64,000 nucleotides of DNA, taken from Octopus bimaculoides. Taxonomy: Eukaryota. The position numbers were made by a program, and so were the translations under genes. The stretch covers positions 48,846,837 to 48,910,836 of the forward strand of contig NC_068999.1 of assembly GCF_001194135.2 (NCBI RefSeq), in the 5' to 3' direction. Below are positions 24,888 to 39,716 of the stretch, piece by piece (within the stretch, counting starts at the first letter, position 1; each line of letters starts with the position of its first letter). Below the pieces are notes generated by a model. The model worked only from the letters and a program-made list of their open reading frames with translations. It was not told where the DNA came from and made no database searches.

Positions 24888-27800
24888 GAGAATATACAAA
24901 TAATAACAACAGACGAGGACAGGTGGTGTAAATAACAAAAGTATATATTAGTATGACGCTCGGGAATACGGAAAGTCTTTGACGTTTCGAGTATATATAT
25001 ATATATATATAGATACATATTTATTTATTTATATACACACGCATTTACGAATGTGTATACATGTGTTTATGTATATATATATATATATATAATGTCTGTT
25101 CATGATATAGGTATATGTATTTGTGTAATACACATCTTGTTTCTCTTATCTATAATTGGAAAGTATGGTGTTGTGACAGACATTGCTTTATATTAATAAG
25201 CCTGTCACGAATCCCTGGACCCAGAACTTTATGTAGTTTTCATGGTGCACAAGTGACTGAGATTACAACACTCTGAATGGATGCCAGTCCATCCCAGGGT
25301 TAAATTTCCCACCTATTGCTGGAACTCACAGCTGAATGGGCTGGAACGATGTGCTACGAAGTGTTTTGCTCAAGAACACAATGCAATACCTGGTCTTGGA
25401 ATTGAAACTACGATCCTACAACTGCTGAGGACAACACCCTAACCACTAGGCTATGTACCTTCTCACATTTATGTTAATGCCCAAAACTTTAGACCATTAC
25501 TGACCCTGTTCAAGTTCTCTGTAACACTGCACAGTTATAATGCAAGGCAGACAAAGTCCCTATTTAGGGATTTCCTCCACCCTCAATATATGCCCTCCTC
25601 TCAGCATCTGCATTGTCTCCAACCCCTTGGGTTCCATACTGAACCCAATCTTTCTTTCCCAGAATGTTGGGTTTTCTAGAACCATCTCCACGCTCATGTC
25701 TTTATCCTAGAAGTGGTGACTTTGTGCAAAGAGATTCAGAGAATTCATCATCATCATCATCGTATCCATGGAAAAAAAAAAAAACCGGAAAAAAGGCAAT
25801 GTAGGATATGCAATTCATTTGTTGATTTCATGGCATAGCAGCAGATATGCTATAAAACTGAGGCATAATTCACTGGCATGGGGGGGGGGGGGAGCTAAAT
25901 TCAATTGTTTTTTAAGGAAAAGTTATTGGTGTCATATCAAGAAAGAGATTCTTATCTCCAGTTCGCTTAATTCCACACAAACTGGGAATACACACCAGCT
26001 TATCACAAACTTCTGTGAAAAGACAAAAATAGAAATCAACAACTTTCAATGGAATGTTTCAGTATTAAAAAGAAAAGTAACTCGAATATATTTCCTACAC
26101 TCAAAATTGGATTAATAGACAATCTTATTTTATAGAGAAGAACTAAAACTGCTACTGCTGCAGTGGTCCCTTCTTTAACACATATGAGTTCCCTGACTAC
26201 AAGCATTGAAGTGTCACTTTGATACAGGGTATTCCTGTTGGGCATTCGTTCTTAGTAGTCGTGCACTGAACGGATCTATGGATATAAAGGTGATATCAAA
26301 AGGTTCCCGGACTAGTCATGTTTAATAAAAAATAACTTATTTACCTAAGTTTTAATACCATTTCCTTTGAAATTAGTCACCTTGAGCAACAATACACCGG
26401 TCCCAGCATTCTTGCCACTTTTGGAATCTGGCCTGGAAATCATTTACTGTAAACAAGTCAAGAATCTTCTGCGATTCACTCTGGATCTTGACAATGGTGT
26501 TAAAAGAGTGACCATCAAAAATGACAGCTAACTGTAGCATTTTATATATAAATAAGGTACATAATAATCACACATACATTCACATATTTCCCTTGTACAC
26601 ATACTCACACAGAGTGGAAATGCTGAATTTCTCCTCACCCCTTCCTTTCTCTTATTGCTATTACTTTTTCTCACTCCTTCTCAGTCAGGGCTATTACTCT
26701 CACTACTTCTCCTTCACTGAATTNNNNNNNNNNNNNNNNNNNNNNNNNNNNNNNNNNNNNNNNNNNNNNNNNNNNNNNNNNNNNNNNNNNNNNNNNNNNN
26801 NNNNNNNNNNNNNNNNNNNNNNNNNNNNNNNNNNNNNNNNNNNNNNNNNNNNNNNNNNNNNNNNNNNNNNNNNNNNNNNNNNNNNNNNNNNNNNNNNNNN
26901 NNNNNNNNNNNNNNNNNNNNNNNNNNNNNNNNNNNNNNNNNNNNNNNNNNNNNNNNNNNNNNNNNNNNNNNNNNNNNNNNNNNNNNNNNNNNNNNNNNNN
27001 NNNNNNNNNNNNNNNNNNNNNNNNNNNNNNNNNNNNNNNNNNNNNNNNNNNNNNNNNNNNNNNNNNNNNNNNNNNNNNNNNNNNNNNNNNNNNNNNNNNN
27101 NNNNNNNNNNNNNNNNNNNNNNNNNNNNNNNNNNNNNNNNNNNNNNNNNNNNNNNNNNNNNNNNNNNNNNNNNNNNNNNNNNNNNNNNNNNNNNNNNNNN
27201 NNNNNNNNNNNNNNNNNNNNNNNNNNNNNNNNNNNNNNNNNNNNNNNNNNNNNNNNNNNNNNNNNNNNNNNNNNNNNNNNNTATATTAAAATTACTAAAT
27301 AAGCTAATTTTGCTAATATGCCAATTAAAGTATCACACACCACTAGAGAGACTGCATTCTCCCTACCCTTATTATGTTCCTAAAAACCCTTTATAAGGCA
27401 CAGCCTCCCCATTCCATCACACTCCACCCCTTACTGCCATTAGAGCATTTCATATTTAATGTGTATACATGGAATATATATATATATATATATATATGTA
27501 CATACACACCAATATATATATATATGTTTATACATATACACAGACACATATGTGCCTGTTAAATATACATAAATATGCATATATATACATGCATGTGTGC
27601 ATATATATATATATATACACACACAGACACATGTACTTGCATAAGTATAATGTGTTTGCATATTCGCCACATACATATGTATATATGGTGCAATTTATAC
27701 ATACATACATGCATGCATGCACACACATATATGGACATACGTACTTATATATTTAGAAACATATTTGCATACATGCAAATATTTATGTGCATACATTTAT

Positions 27801-27983
27801 GTATGTATGTATCAGTTTACATGCATATACTGAGGTATGTAACTTATATGCATACATTAACATTTATACAATGCAAATATAAATTTATACAGAGAGATAG
27901 GCAGGAAGGTGTGAATGCATACACACATATAACCACGTACTTATGTATGCGCATATGCATATATTTACACATATACATACATT

Positions 27984-28033
<50 letters not shown>

Positions 28034-28544
28034 GAGAGAGAGAGAGAAAGAGAGATAGCTGTATCTGCACATGTCATATATATATATATATATATATATA
28101 TCCACACAGATATGTATGTATGTATGTATAAAGGCATATACAGGCTAACATATATTCACACATACATTTTTCTACGTACATGTCCATATCCATATATGCT
28201 TGATGTACATTTACATACATATGTACATTCATGCATAGACACACACATAAGACACATATATACATACATACAAACATACACACACACACACATATATATA
28301 CATGCTGTCAATGAGACGGGGCCATGGGGGAAGATAATTACAAAAGACAATGGCTGTTATCAAGCTGAAGCATCTATCATATGCAGTAAAGATATTGTCA
28401 TCAAATGATTGAGGATGGACATTATTATCGAGAAATGGAGTATGTGTGTGTGCGTGTGTGTGTATGTGTATGCATGTGTGCGTGTCTCTTTAGATAAGTA
28501 AGCATTTGTGTACGTGTGTGTATGTGCCTGTCTTCCTGGTTGTA

Positions 28545-28582
<38 letters not shown>

Positions 28583-28868
28583 CGTATGCATCTATCTTTC
28601 TGACTATGTATGAGTGTGCGTGTATATAAGTGTCTGTCTAAGTATGCATTTATGTGTGTGTGTATGTGTGTGAGTGTGTGTGTGTGTGCATGTGTACATG
28701 TAAGTGTGTTTGGCTCTTTTGATAAATAAGCATTTGTGTATGTGTGTGTGTGTGTGTGGGTATCTGTCTTTCTGGCTTTATGTATGTATGTGTCTCTTTC
28801 TGACTATGTGCATATGCGTGTGTATGTATGTGTGCATATGTGTCTGTGTCTTTTTGTATAAGTATGCA

Positions 28869-28899
<31 letters not shown>

Positions 28900-29023
28900 C
28901 TGTATGTGTGTGTGTGTCTGTATGTGTGTGTGTGCGCACACGTGCTTTTCTAGCAGTATGTAAATATGCATGTGCATATGTATCTGTGTTTATCTGTCTC
29001 TTTATGTAAGTAAGCATTTCTCT

Positions 29024-29069
<46 letters not shown>

Positions 29070-29325
29070 CTATAACATTATGCATTTACATATACAGCTG
29101 TATGTGTATTTATGTGTGTGTATGGTATTCATTAATGCCAAGAGATTAGTTTTTATGAATGTCTCTATGTCCTTTTCTCTCTCTCTCTCTATGTATGAGG
29201 ATGTATGTGCATATGCCTGTATTTGTGTATATATATGTGTGTGTGTCTGTATGTATGTAGGACAGTTATTAATATTGATAGACTAGTGTGTATTTGTTAT
29301 GACCATAGTAATAATAATAATAATC

Positions 29326-29356
<31 letters not shown>

Positions 29357-29695
29357 GCAGACTAAAAAGAAATAAATGTGTAACATATCCAAGATGGAAG
29401 GAAAGAACCGTGGTTATTAATATAGGAATGTAGATAAGGGTGTGTGTGTGTGTATGTGTGTGTGTGTGCATATATAAGTCAGGGAAAGAGAGGGGGGAAA
29501 GATATTGAGAGTGTTTATGGGTGTGAGTGGCATAACAGCTATTAATATGGAGAAGTAGACAAATGGATGCTTATGTTAATGTATATCTATTCTATACACA
29601 TTTTATAATCAACACATACAAACACATGTATATATATATCTGTACACACACGCACACATTCAAAGCTTGCACATATTAGATGAACATGCATACAT

Positions 29696-29755
<60 letters not shown>

Positions 29756-30472
29756 ATATATATATACATACATACACACACACATATACATACATATATA
29801 CATACACACACACACATATATATATATATACATACACACGCACACATGCACATATATATATACATACATATACACACACACAACATATATATAGAGACAG
29901 AGAGAGCAATGAGCCAAAAAGGAGACAACATCTAACAAATGCTATATTAGTTTAATGCTTAAAAGCGACGGAAAGAGTCTATGGACACATATGTACATAT
30001 CAATATCGACATCTACATATATACATACATACATACAAAGACACACACACACACACACACACAGTCAATTTCTTGTTGACTGGGACTTTAAATTTTGCGC
30101 GATGGCTTATTGCTCAAATAAGCCATCGACAAAGCTTAAATTCCCAGTCAACAAGAGATTTACAATAAATTTGATTCTGCTTTCAGTACAGAGCCCACCT
30201 CTATCTAACACTACATGATTCTGTTGGTATTCTTGAATATTATATACCTATCTTTCTATATAGTGAGTGTTTCTTTGTGTGTGTAGATTTATACATATAT
30301 AAGCACTGGAATGGTTGTGAGGACAAGATGTTTTGAGTTCAATCTCATTGCACAGCATTTTAGGCAAGTGCTTGCTACAAAAGGTCTGGACAACCAATGC
30401 TGTGAGAGTGAATCTTGTAGACAGAAACTGAGAGAAGCCCATTGTATATGTATGTATGTATGTGTGTGTGTA

Positions 30473-30512
<40 letters not shown>

Positions 30513-30865
30513 TATCATCATCGTTTTACATCCGCTTTCCATGCTGGCATGGGTTGGACAGTTTGACTGAGGACTGGTGATATATATATATATATATATA
30601 TAATGTGACTTAAAATAGAACTGGTGGGTTTGGTTTGTTTAAATAAACGCTTCATGGCCGTAGTGCAATGACTGAAAAACAAGCAAAAGAACACACACAA
30701 TATGTATAAAAGAATATATGTAGATATGTCTACATTTCAAAAATGTGTAATGGGCATGTACACATACGAACTGTGGTGTTAGTGTGCTTACAAGAACACA
30801 CCAGTTTGTATGGGTATGTGAGTACATAGCATAACATGTGCTTCAGTGCGAATGTGTGCATAGGT

Positions 30866-30912
<47 letters not shown>

Positions 30913-31153
30913 TGTGTGAGGGTGTGTCGTGTTGTTTGTCAAAAGTGTTTGTCTTGCTGGAAAGCTGAGGTGGCAGTGATGTAGGTGGAGAAAGTGATGT
31001 TTATACAGGAGACTGAACAACAAAACATATGGTAGAATAATATATTATAAAGTGATAAAGGAGTAATTTGAGATAGATAGAGAATAGAGAAAGACAGATG
31101 GACAGACAAATAGACTTTAAAAAAAAACAGTGATATATGCATATATGTATATA

Positions 31154-31186
<33 letters not shown>

Positions 31187-34120
31187 GGATGCATATATTG
31201 ATGAAGAGAAAGGGAGGTGAAGAGGAGAGAGAGAGAGAGAGAGAGTAGGAAATGTAAGAAAAACAAGATGTACAAAATGATAAACCAAATTTGAAACTGA
31301 TACAGTATCATATTATTGAAAGCATTCTTGGATGGTGATGAATGATGATGATGATGTTCTACAGAACTTAGAGCCAGCACTGGAAGTTACCACATTTTAT
31401 ATATATGTAAACAATGCAATCAAAGATAAAAAAAAAAGAAGGTAATGGGTGTATATTCACATTTCAGGAATTATTGCTCTTTCTTCAGCACCAGAAAACA
31501 AAATACAATGTCCCTATCAGCAATTAATATAATATGCATGATGATGATGATGGTGGTGGTGGTGATGATGATGATGATGATGATAGTGGTGGTGATAGTG
31601 ATGATGGTGATGGTTATCATGATGGTGTAACAAGGATAATGATCATGTCAACAATGAAGACGATAATGATAACAATGTCATTGTTGCAATTATATCAACA
31701 TGCTGAGAAAATAATGATTTCTTTTGAATGAACAGAACTAAGGTTAATTTTTCAATGAGAGCAATAGAAGAATTGCTCCTGATTCCTGGATGGAAGAGGG
31801 GATAGGTTTTTTTTAAAATTTTGTAATCTCTCAGAAATGGATAAAATAAGTTCCAGTAATAAACAGAGGAACAAAGATTGAATTCAACTATATTCCTTCC
31901 CTTCTAATTTTATGACCTCACGTCAAAGTTAGTATTATTAATGTTGTTTTAAATGTGACAAGTTGGCAGAAAAATTAGCATATGCCTCATTTATGGATGC
32001 AGGTGTGGTGGTGTAGTAAAGAGGCTGCCTTTCAATCACATGGTTCTGTGTTTAGTCCTGCTATGTGGCACCCTGGGAAAGTGTCTTCTACTATAGCCTT
32101 GGGCCAACCAAAGCTTTGTGAGTGGATTTGGTAGATGGAAACTGAAAGATGCCCGTCATATATAGATAGATGTGTGCATGTGTGTGTTTGTGTACTTGTC
32201 CTTCACCACCACTTGACAACCAGTGTCGGTGTGTTTACATCCCTATAACTTAGCGGTTCAGACAAAGAATCAACATCAACACCAGGCTTGTAAACAAAGA
32301 AAAAAAAAAAGATATTGGACAAGATGCTCAGTAGCATTTCTTCCTTGTCTTTGCATTTTGAGTTCAATTTTTGCAAAGAATTAATAGCAAGGGCAGTGAA
32401 ACGGTAGGAATAGTAGAGCATTTGATAAAACAGTTTATGGTATTTAGTTATACCTGTCTAGACAAATCCCGTTAAAATCAATTTCATCTCTGAACCTTTT
32501 GGAGCTGATAAGATAAAATACCAGGGTTGATTTAATCTACTAACCAAAGGCATCATATTTCCACAGAAATATGGTAACAAAAGGGTTAAAAACAGTTGCC
32601 TCTGAATCCTGGAACTTCTCTCCTACTGTCTGACAATATATTTGAGATGAAACAAGATAGAGTAAAGCTATGATAATAATGCTGTTTCTTGGTAAACAAT
32701 GCTGTTGGTTTATCTTACATGAGGTGGGCGACATGTATGGCTTATTTCTATTGCCTATCATTAGACTGGCTCTATGCAGTTGACCATAAGAGAAACAGTA
32801 CACTGCAATGTTTAAACCAACCACTTTAACAAGACTAGCCTTGATGTTTGTTAATAGACACAGCTTAACAGAGCATGACAGGAAATGTTAATCTCCTGAA
32901 CTGACAATGTGATTTGCAGGAATCATATTCAGAAGTCTTGCTGTTCTTGTATAGTTTCTAGGCCACACTAGAATTGTTTTCCAGATCCTGGTTGTCGTTA
33001 GCAGCAGTAACCTGTCTTGTAATATATGATTTCTTGGAAATTATATTTCTTTTCAGTTTTGGCATTGTGTGAGAGTATGGTTCAGTAAAAAAAAGAAAGA
33101 AAATGTCCACCGAATTTATGAACATGACACTTTAACCCTTTAGCATTTAAACTGGCCATATCAGGCCCAAATATATAACCTGTTTTATGCTCAAACTGGC
33201 CAGATTTGGCTTCGCATATCTGCTCTTCAATATCATACAAAAAATATACTATCACATCAAAATTTCAAAGCTATAAGATAATGTATGATTAATTCAAAAT
33301 AATGTGAATAAATAAGCATCACATTTTACCTGAATAATCTGTCTTTACCTAAAATTTATGAGCATGATAAGCTTGCATATATATGCCTATGGTTAAACAT
33401 AGGTAATATACCGGTAGTGTGATGGATACTTCTATCCCTTAGATGCTTATTTTAGCCCCTAACTCAGCTAACCTTATACGCATATATATATATATATAGT
33501 TCAAATCTACAGAAAACAAAAGACAAAGACAGGTGTAGGAATAACAAGCAGGTGTATTAGTTTAATGCTTGGAAAAAAATGGAGAGAAAAAAAATGTGCA
33601 GAGTTCAATGGTCCAACATGTTTAAAAAATATATATAGAAGTACAAACAAACAGAACAAATGGAAAATACACACAGAGAATGTTGCTAAACCCTCTTCAG
33701 TTATCATTCAAAAGATAACAGCAATTTCAGGCCCTTAATGATAATAGTGCTCCCCTTTGGTGGCATCAGCGATGAGAAGCCACTGGGAAATAGCGAGGCA
33801 ACAACCAAGGAACCAAACATGACATGGTGGGCTCTCTACTGGGTTCAGCAATTTCTTGCTGAACAACCAGCACACATGATTTGTTTACAGTGATCAAATG
33901 TTTGTATTATATATCAGCTCACATCCTCCATCAAATTGACATCTACCTGTACAGGTGTACAATGTACCAGACATGAAATGTCAGTGATCACAGAGCAATG
34001 TGAAATGATGAGTTCCCAAAGAAACGCAATGCACTGCCTGATCCGGTATTCGAAATCATGATCTTTTTGATTGTGAGTGAAACACTCTAACCACTAGACT
34101 AGGTGCCTAGTGATTAGGGT

Positions 34121-34168
<48 letters not shown>

Positions 34169-34321
34169 CGCACGTGTGCAATGCATAAGGTTAAGACTAT
34201 AATTAAAACAGTTTCTCCACAATGAAATAGATAATGCAGTGAAGAAAATAAAACAAAGTAAAAAGATAGAAAAACATTCCACATCATATTAATTTTCAAC
34301 GTGTTTTGATTACAGGAATAA

Positions 34322-34368
<47 letters not shown>

Positions 34369-34907
34369 CAACAACAACAATGATAATGATAATAATAAAT
34401 AATAACAATAATAATGATAATAATAACAACAACAATAATAATAATGATAATAATATGCCAAGAAAAGTACAGAAGGGAAGCAATATCACATTATGAAAGA
34501 ATATAAAAAAAATATATGTAATACTGTTCACACAAGCAAAGTAAACAAACTGATAGTTAAAAAAATAAAATGATTATAATTAAACAGAATAATGATTTTT
34601 TTTTTATATGCTGCTGCCTAATTCTAGTTGACATCTTGGTTTCAACTACAATATTTTCATAGTAAATCATAGTTTTAAGTATAGACTGGGGCTAATTTAC
34701 ACAACCACAGAGTTATGCTTGAGATTTTTGTAGTTTAAGAAGAAAAAAAAAAAAATTGGGGGGGGGGTGGATTTGAATATTTCATAGTGCTTAGCATCAA
34801 GTTACACTTGAAGATGAGTGTTAGCTCTGAGTGTTCAACCAGCGAGCTGTGAAATAATGCACTTAAACCCCACCATATACATACTGACTATAATAATAAT
34901 GATGATG

Positions 34908-34940
<33 letters not shown>

Positions 34941-35239
34941 CAAGAACATGGACTATGAAGAGAGTGTCTGTCATCCCGGTAGTTGTAGGGCCACTCTGAG
35001 TACTAAGAAGCAAGTTTGAGAAATATGTCAGAGAAACTGGAATTGACATGAGAGCAGAGCTCAGAAAAACCACTCTGTTAGGGACAGCTAGGATCTTGAG
35101 ACTGGCACTTGGATGTTGAATGTCTTCCACAATAATTAGATGTGGAAAGAGACCCTGTAAGACCTCTGACAACAGGCTGCTGTCTGCTCTCACAGAATCA
35201 GCCAGAGTAAACAAGACAGAGTGCTCTCAGAAGTAAAAC

Positions 35240-35280
<41 letters not shown>

Positions 35281-36056
35281 TAATAATGCCCTGATGCAGT
35301 AGCAGGCAGAGGCTCTCATGGCTTCTGATCTTAACTGATTGGAAGTGTTATCATGTACATGTTTTGTCTTGGTATAAAAGATGGGCTACAGCAAATATCC
35401 TGCTCAATAACAAAGATTTGCTTGACCGTAGCCAGTTGAGCATGTCCCTTAGTGGCTGAAGACATGTGCATCTCTGATCATGAGTAGAAGTAGTTGGGGA
35501 GCATCACAGCCATGTGTTGAGAAGAATTCTTTGGGGTTTGAATAATTAATCTCTGAAAACATGGGTGCTTTGTTCATCATCCTTAAACAAACCTTATTCA
35601 AGGACCTTTTGAGTGGGATGGGCTACTGTTTATCTTGATATGAGGTCACTATGTCATGCACATATGGCTGTGATGCATGTACCTGGTGTATCAGACAGGT
35701 GGTCGTGATGGGTATATTGGGTTTCATATATACGTACTCCAGTGTCACTTTGATGGCATGCGTTGCTCTCACTCAATAATAATAATAATAATAATAATAA
35801 AGCCACCTAGCCATTGAGTTACAGACACTAAGGAAAGTGTGGGTTAAATATATCCCTGTAGTTATAGGTGCATTAAGAACTATTCCTATAGATCTGAACA
35901 GATGGATAGAAGAAATAGGCATAAAACATAGTTTAGTGCAGCTCCAGAAAACAGTATCACTTTTTATTTTGAACTCAACAAAGACAGGCTTGCTGTTGAA
36001 ATATCGCTCAACCAATAAAATATCTATTGCAATCGCATTGCGCTCTTCGTCTTGTC

Positions 36057-36087
<31 letters not shown>

Positions 36088-37936
36088 GTTATTGTTGTTG
36101 TTATTATTATTATTATGTTGGCAGTGGTATGGTAGGACTGGTGGTAGAACACTAAAAAAAATACCCTGCAGTATTAAGCTACATTTTCCCACTACTTGAG
36201 TTCAAATTCTGTTTGGAGATTAGCTTTGCCTTTTACCCTTCTGGTGGGATTCAATTAAATAAATATCGGTCATATAATGGAGATGATTCAATTAAACTAC
36301 TCATCCAGCTAAAATCATTATTTACTTTAAAAAAAAAAAACATCTCTATCTGAAAAAAAAAAAATCCTGATATGTGTAGAGGTGGAGCATTATTTTCTAA
36401 GAATACTGGTCCCCTCAAAGAATATAATGATGCAGAACTGATGCAGCTAAAGACATGCTGTGGAATGGACTTACCAAATTCATGCTGATATGGAAAACTA
36501 TCAAGATAGGTTAATACTTCTCTACTGCCTAGTATTAGATAAAAAAAAAAGAGACAAATCTACACTGATACCCTTGAATAAAATGCTAGTTGACTGCAAA
36601 TGTTACCCTCCCACCTCATGCCTATAAGAGAAATTGAACTCAACACAGTGAGCAAAAGAAATACTTGTCCATTCCACAGTGTTGCTGATGCCGCTGTTGT
36701 AAAACAGCAGTGAATTAAACCACCCTGCAGTACATACCTAGGGCTGGGTGGACTGAACTGCTGTTGAGAGTCAGGTGTCTTAGCCACAGACACCTCACAG
36801 TGCTGGGGACAGGATATGAGCTGTTCACTTGCTGTTTGGTTGCTGGGTACCCTATCAGTTTGGCCATCTGTGCACTCCAGCATGGAAAACCTGACATTAA
36901 AACAATAATGATGATGGTGATGATAATGATAATGATGATGATGATGATGATATGAGTTTGAAAAATGATAACGATGATGACAAATAATAAATGAAACTTG
37001 TAAAGGCTTTGATGTGAGTGTACAACAACGTATCCCCAAGGGTCTTTGTGTTATTTCATCTTCTCTTCCGTGAGGGACCCCATTTCTCCCCCTACCCCAC
37101 TGCCCAAGTCATCAAAGATCAAGTTCATCTTTGGGCGTGTAGATAGGTAAATGGACAGGTGGCCCTTCGTCACATTACTTTTTCCCCACTACTCAACCAA
37201 TAATAGGCATTTTTCAAATTGGTAAAAATCTGTGGGTTTGCAATGAAGTGAAAAGTGTAGACTTAAAATCGAGGGGCAGGAGTGGCTGTGAGTTTTCTTT
37301 TTTTTCTTTTACAGCAGGGAAGGGGCTAACTCTAGATTGATGTATTGGGTTGAAACCTCATCTTAAAGGCTTTATCGATCCAGTCAACTGCTCTACATGT
37401 TATATATACTGCGAGACATCATAACAAGCTCTCCAGAGAGACTTGCACATCAAACAGACAAAGATGTAGCTAAACACTGAGCGTCATTTAGTTCAATATC
37501 TTTGCTAATCCACAACAACTTATCAACCAATAATATTATCAATAATCTCTAAAACTGGCATGAGGATATATATTTGAGAGAGAGAGAGAGAGAGAGATAG
37601 AGAGAGAGAAAGAACAAGCATAATCCATCAAATTGACAGGTATTTTTATCCAAGCAAATAGGGGAGACTGTACATGGCTGCTCAGCCTGCGAGAAATAAC
37701 AGCTAAATCTCCCACAAATCATACTGTATGGCAGTCATGGATAAACTGTGGCCCGAGAGCTGCATGTGGCCCACGAGATTTCCTGAATGGCAAGCCTAAC
37801 AAAAAAAAAAAATTACCCTAAAGGATAAAAGGTAAATCGACCTCGGTGGCATTTGAACTCAGGAATGTAAATAGCTGGAAGAAATGTCACTATGCATTTT
37901 GTATGGCACAATAATGGTTCTGCCAACTCACCGCCT

Positions 37937-37987
<51 letters not shown>

Positions 37988-38218
37988 GTAATAATAATAA
38001 TCCTTTCTATTATAGGCACAAGGGGATAATTTTGGGGTAAGGGATAAGTCAATTACACCGACCTCAGTGCGTAACTGGTACTTATTTCATCGACCCCGAA
38101 AGCATGAAAGGCAAAGTCAACCTCGGTGGAATTTGAACTCAGAATGTAAGGATGAATGAAACGCCACTAAGCCTTTTGCCTGGCGTGCTAACGACTCTAC
38201 CAGCTCACCTCGTAGTAG

Positions 38219-38249
<31 letters not shown>

Positions 38250-39626
38250 CGTGGAAAAGAGGAAGTTAAAACAATAATGAAGATGATGATAATGACTCAT
38301 GTGTCAGGACCAGATTTTTTTTTTGTTTTTGCTTGGGGGTGGGTAACCAACAGAGACAGATCATTATGAAAGATGTACTTTTATCGTGCAGCTAATGAAA
38401 AACACACACAGATACATGTAAATAACTGCTTATAATTTATAAGCCTGTGCATGGGACAGAAGTGGTAGGTTGTTTCTGCTTCAATAACCGAATGATACTT
38501 CAAAGATTTTGGATCCAATGTCATGATTTCTTCAATGGTTAGGATTAATAATTCTTTTCAATTTTGGCAAAGCCAGCAATTTTAGTGGGAGGAGGAGTGA
38601 GTTGTTTTCATTGACCCCAGAGTTTAACTGGTATCTATTTTATCGGCCCTGAAAGGATGAAAGGCAAAGTCAGCCTGGAAAGAATTTGAACTCAGAATCT
38701 AATGAGTCAAAAAGAAATATTGCAAAGCATTTTGACCAACACTCTAACAATACTGCCAGTTTGCCATCTTGGAAATAATAATTCCTTTCACTACAGACAA
38801 AAAGCCTGAAATTTTGTGGGGAGTAGGGATGGGTGTGTGCGTGTGGGTGTGGAAAGGGGGAGTCAATTACATCAACCCCAGTACTTAACTGGCACTTATT
38901 TTATCGACTCTGCAAAGAATTTAGCAGAATTTGAACCCAGAATGTAAAGAACCAAAAGAAATACCACTAAGCATTTTGTCCTAATGATTCTGGCAGCTTG
39001 CTGCCTTTGTCTTGGGAATAATAATGAATTGCGGTGAGCTGGCAGAATCGTTAGCACACCAGGCGAAATGCTTAGCAGTATTTCATCTGCCGTTATGTTC
39101 TGAGTTCAAATTCTGCCTAGGTTGACTTTGCCTTTTATCCTTTCGGGGTCGATTAAAATAAGTACCAGTTACACACTGGGGGTTGATGTAATCGACTTAA
39201 TCCCTTTGTCTGTCCTTGTTTGTCCCCTCTATGTTTAGCCCCCTGTGGGCAATAAAGAAACAAATAATGAACTGCAGTATTTTTTCTTTTTATTATTATT
39301 TTCATTTTTGTGTTTTTAATTCACAAAAAGAGCAAGATTTCTCATACTTTTCTTGTAATGCAATAGATGGTTCAGATGATGCAGACATCAGTCCGATGAA
39401 CTGTAACTCATCTCGGGTGATAGACTTAATCTGTTGCCCAGAATATGGATTCTTCAAAAGGTCCACGAGTGCCTTGAGAAGAATATCCATTCATGTCAAG
39501 AATGGATGTTAGGTATTATTGTAAGTTATCAGAAACAAAAACAGTGATTTATCAAACTGACTGCAATTGATGTGATATCAAGTTTCTAATACATATAATC
39601 TTTTCCAATTCACAAACATCTGCATG

Positions 39627-39716
<90 letters not shown>

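Noticed and set aside
36475-36528. 54-nt minus-strand segment with AG/GTAAGT ends, open in phase 1 ([17 protein letters not shown])
   Set aside because: It lies in the phase-2 intron after the TM exon, where it gives an immediate TAG. It is on the same contig as the TM exon, so mis-ordering cannot make it the stalk exon.
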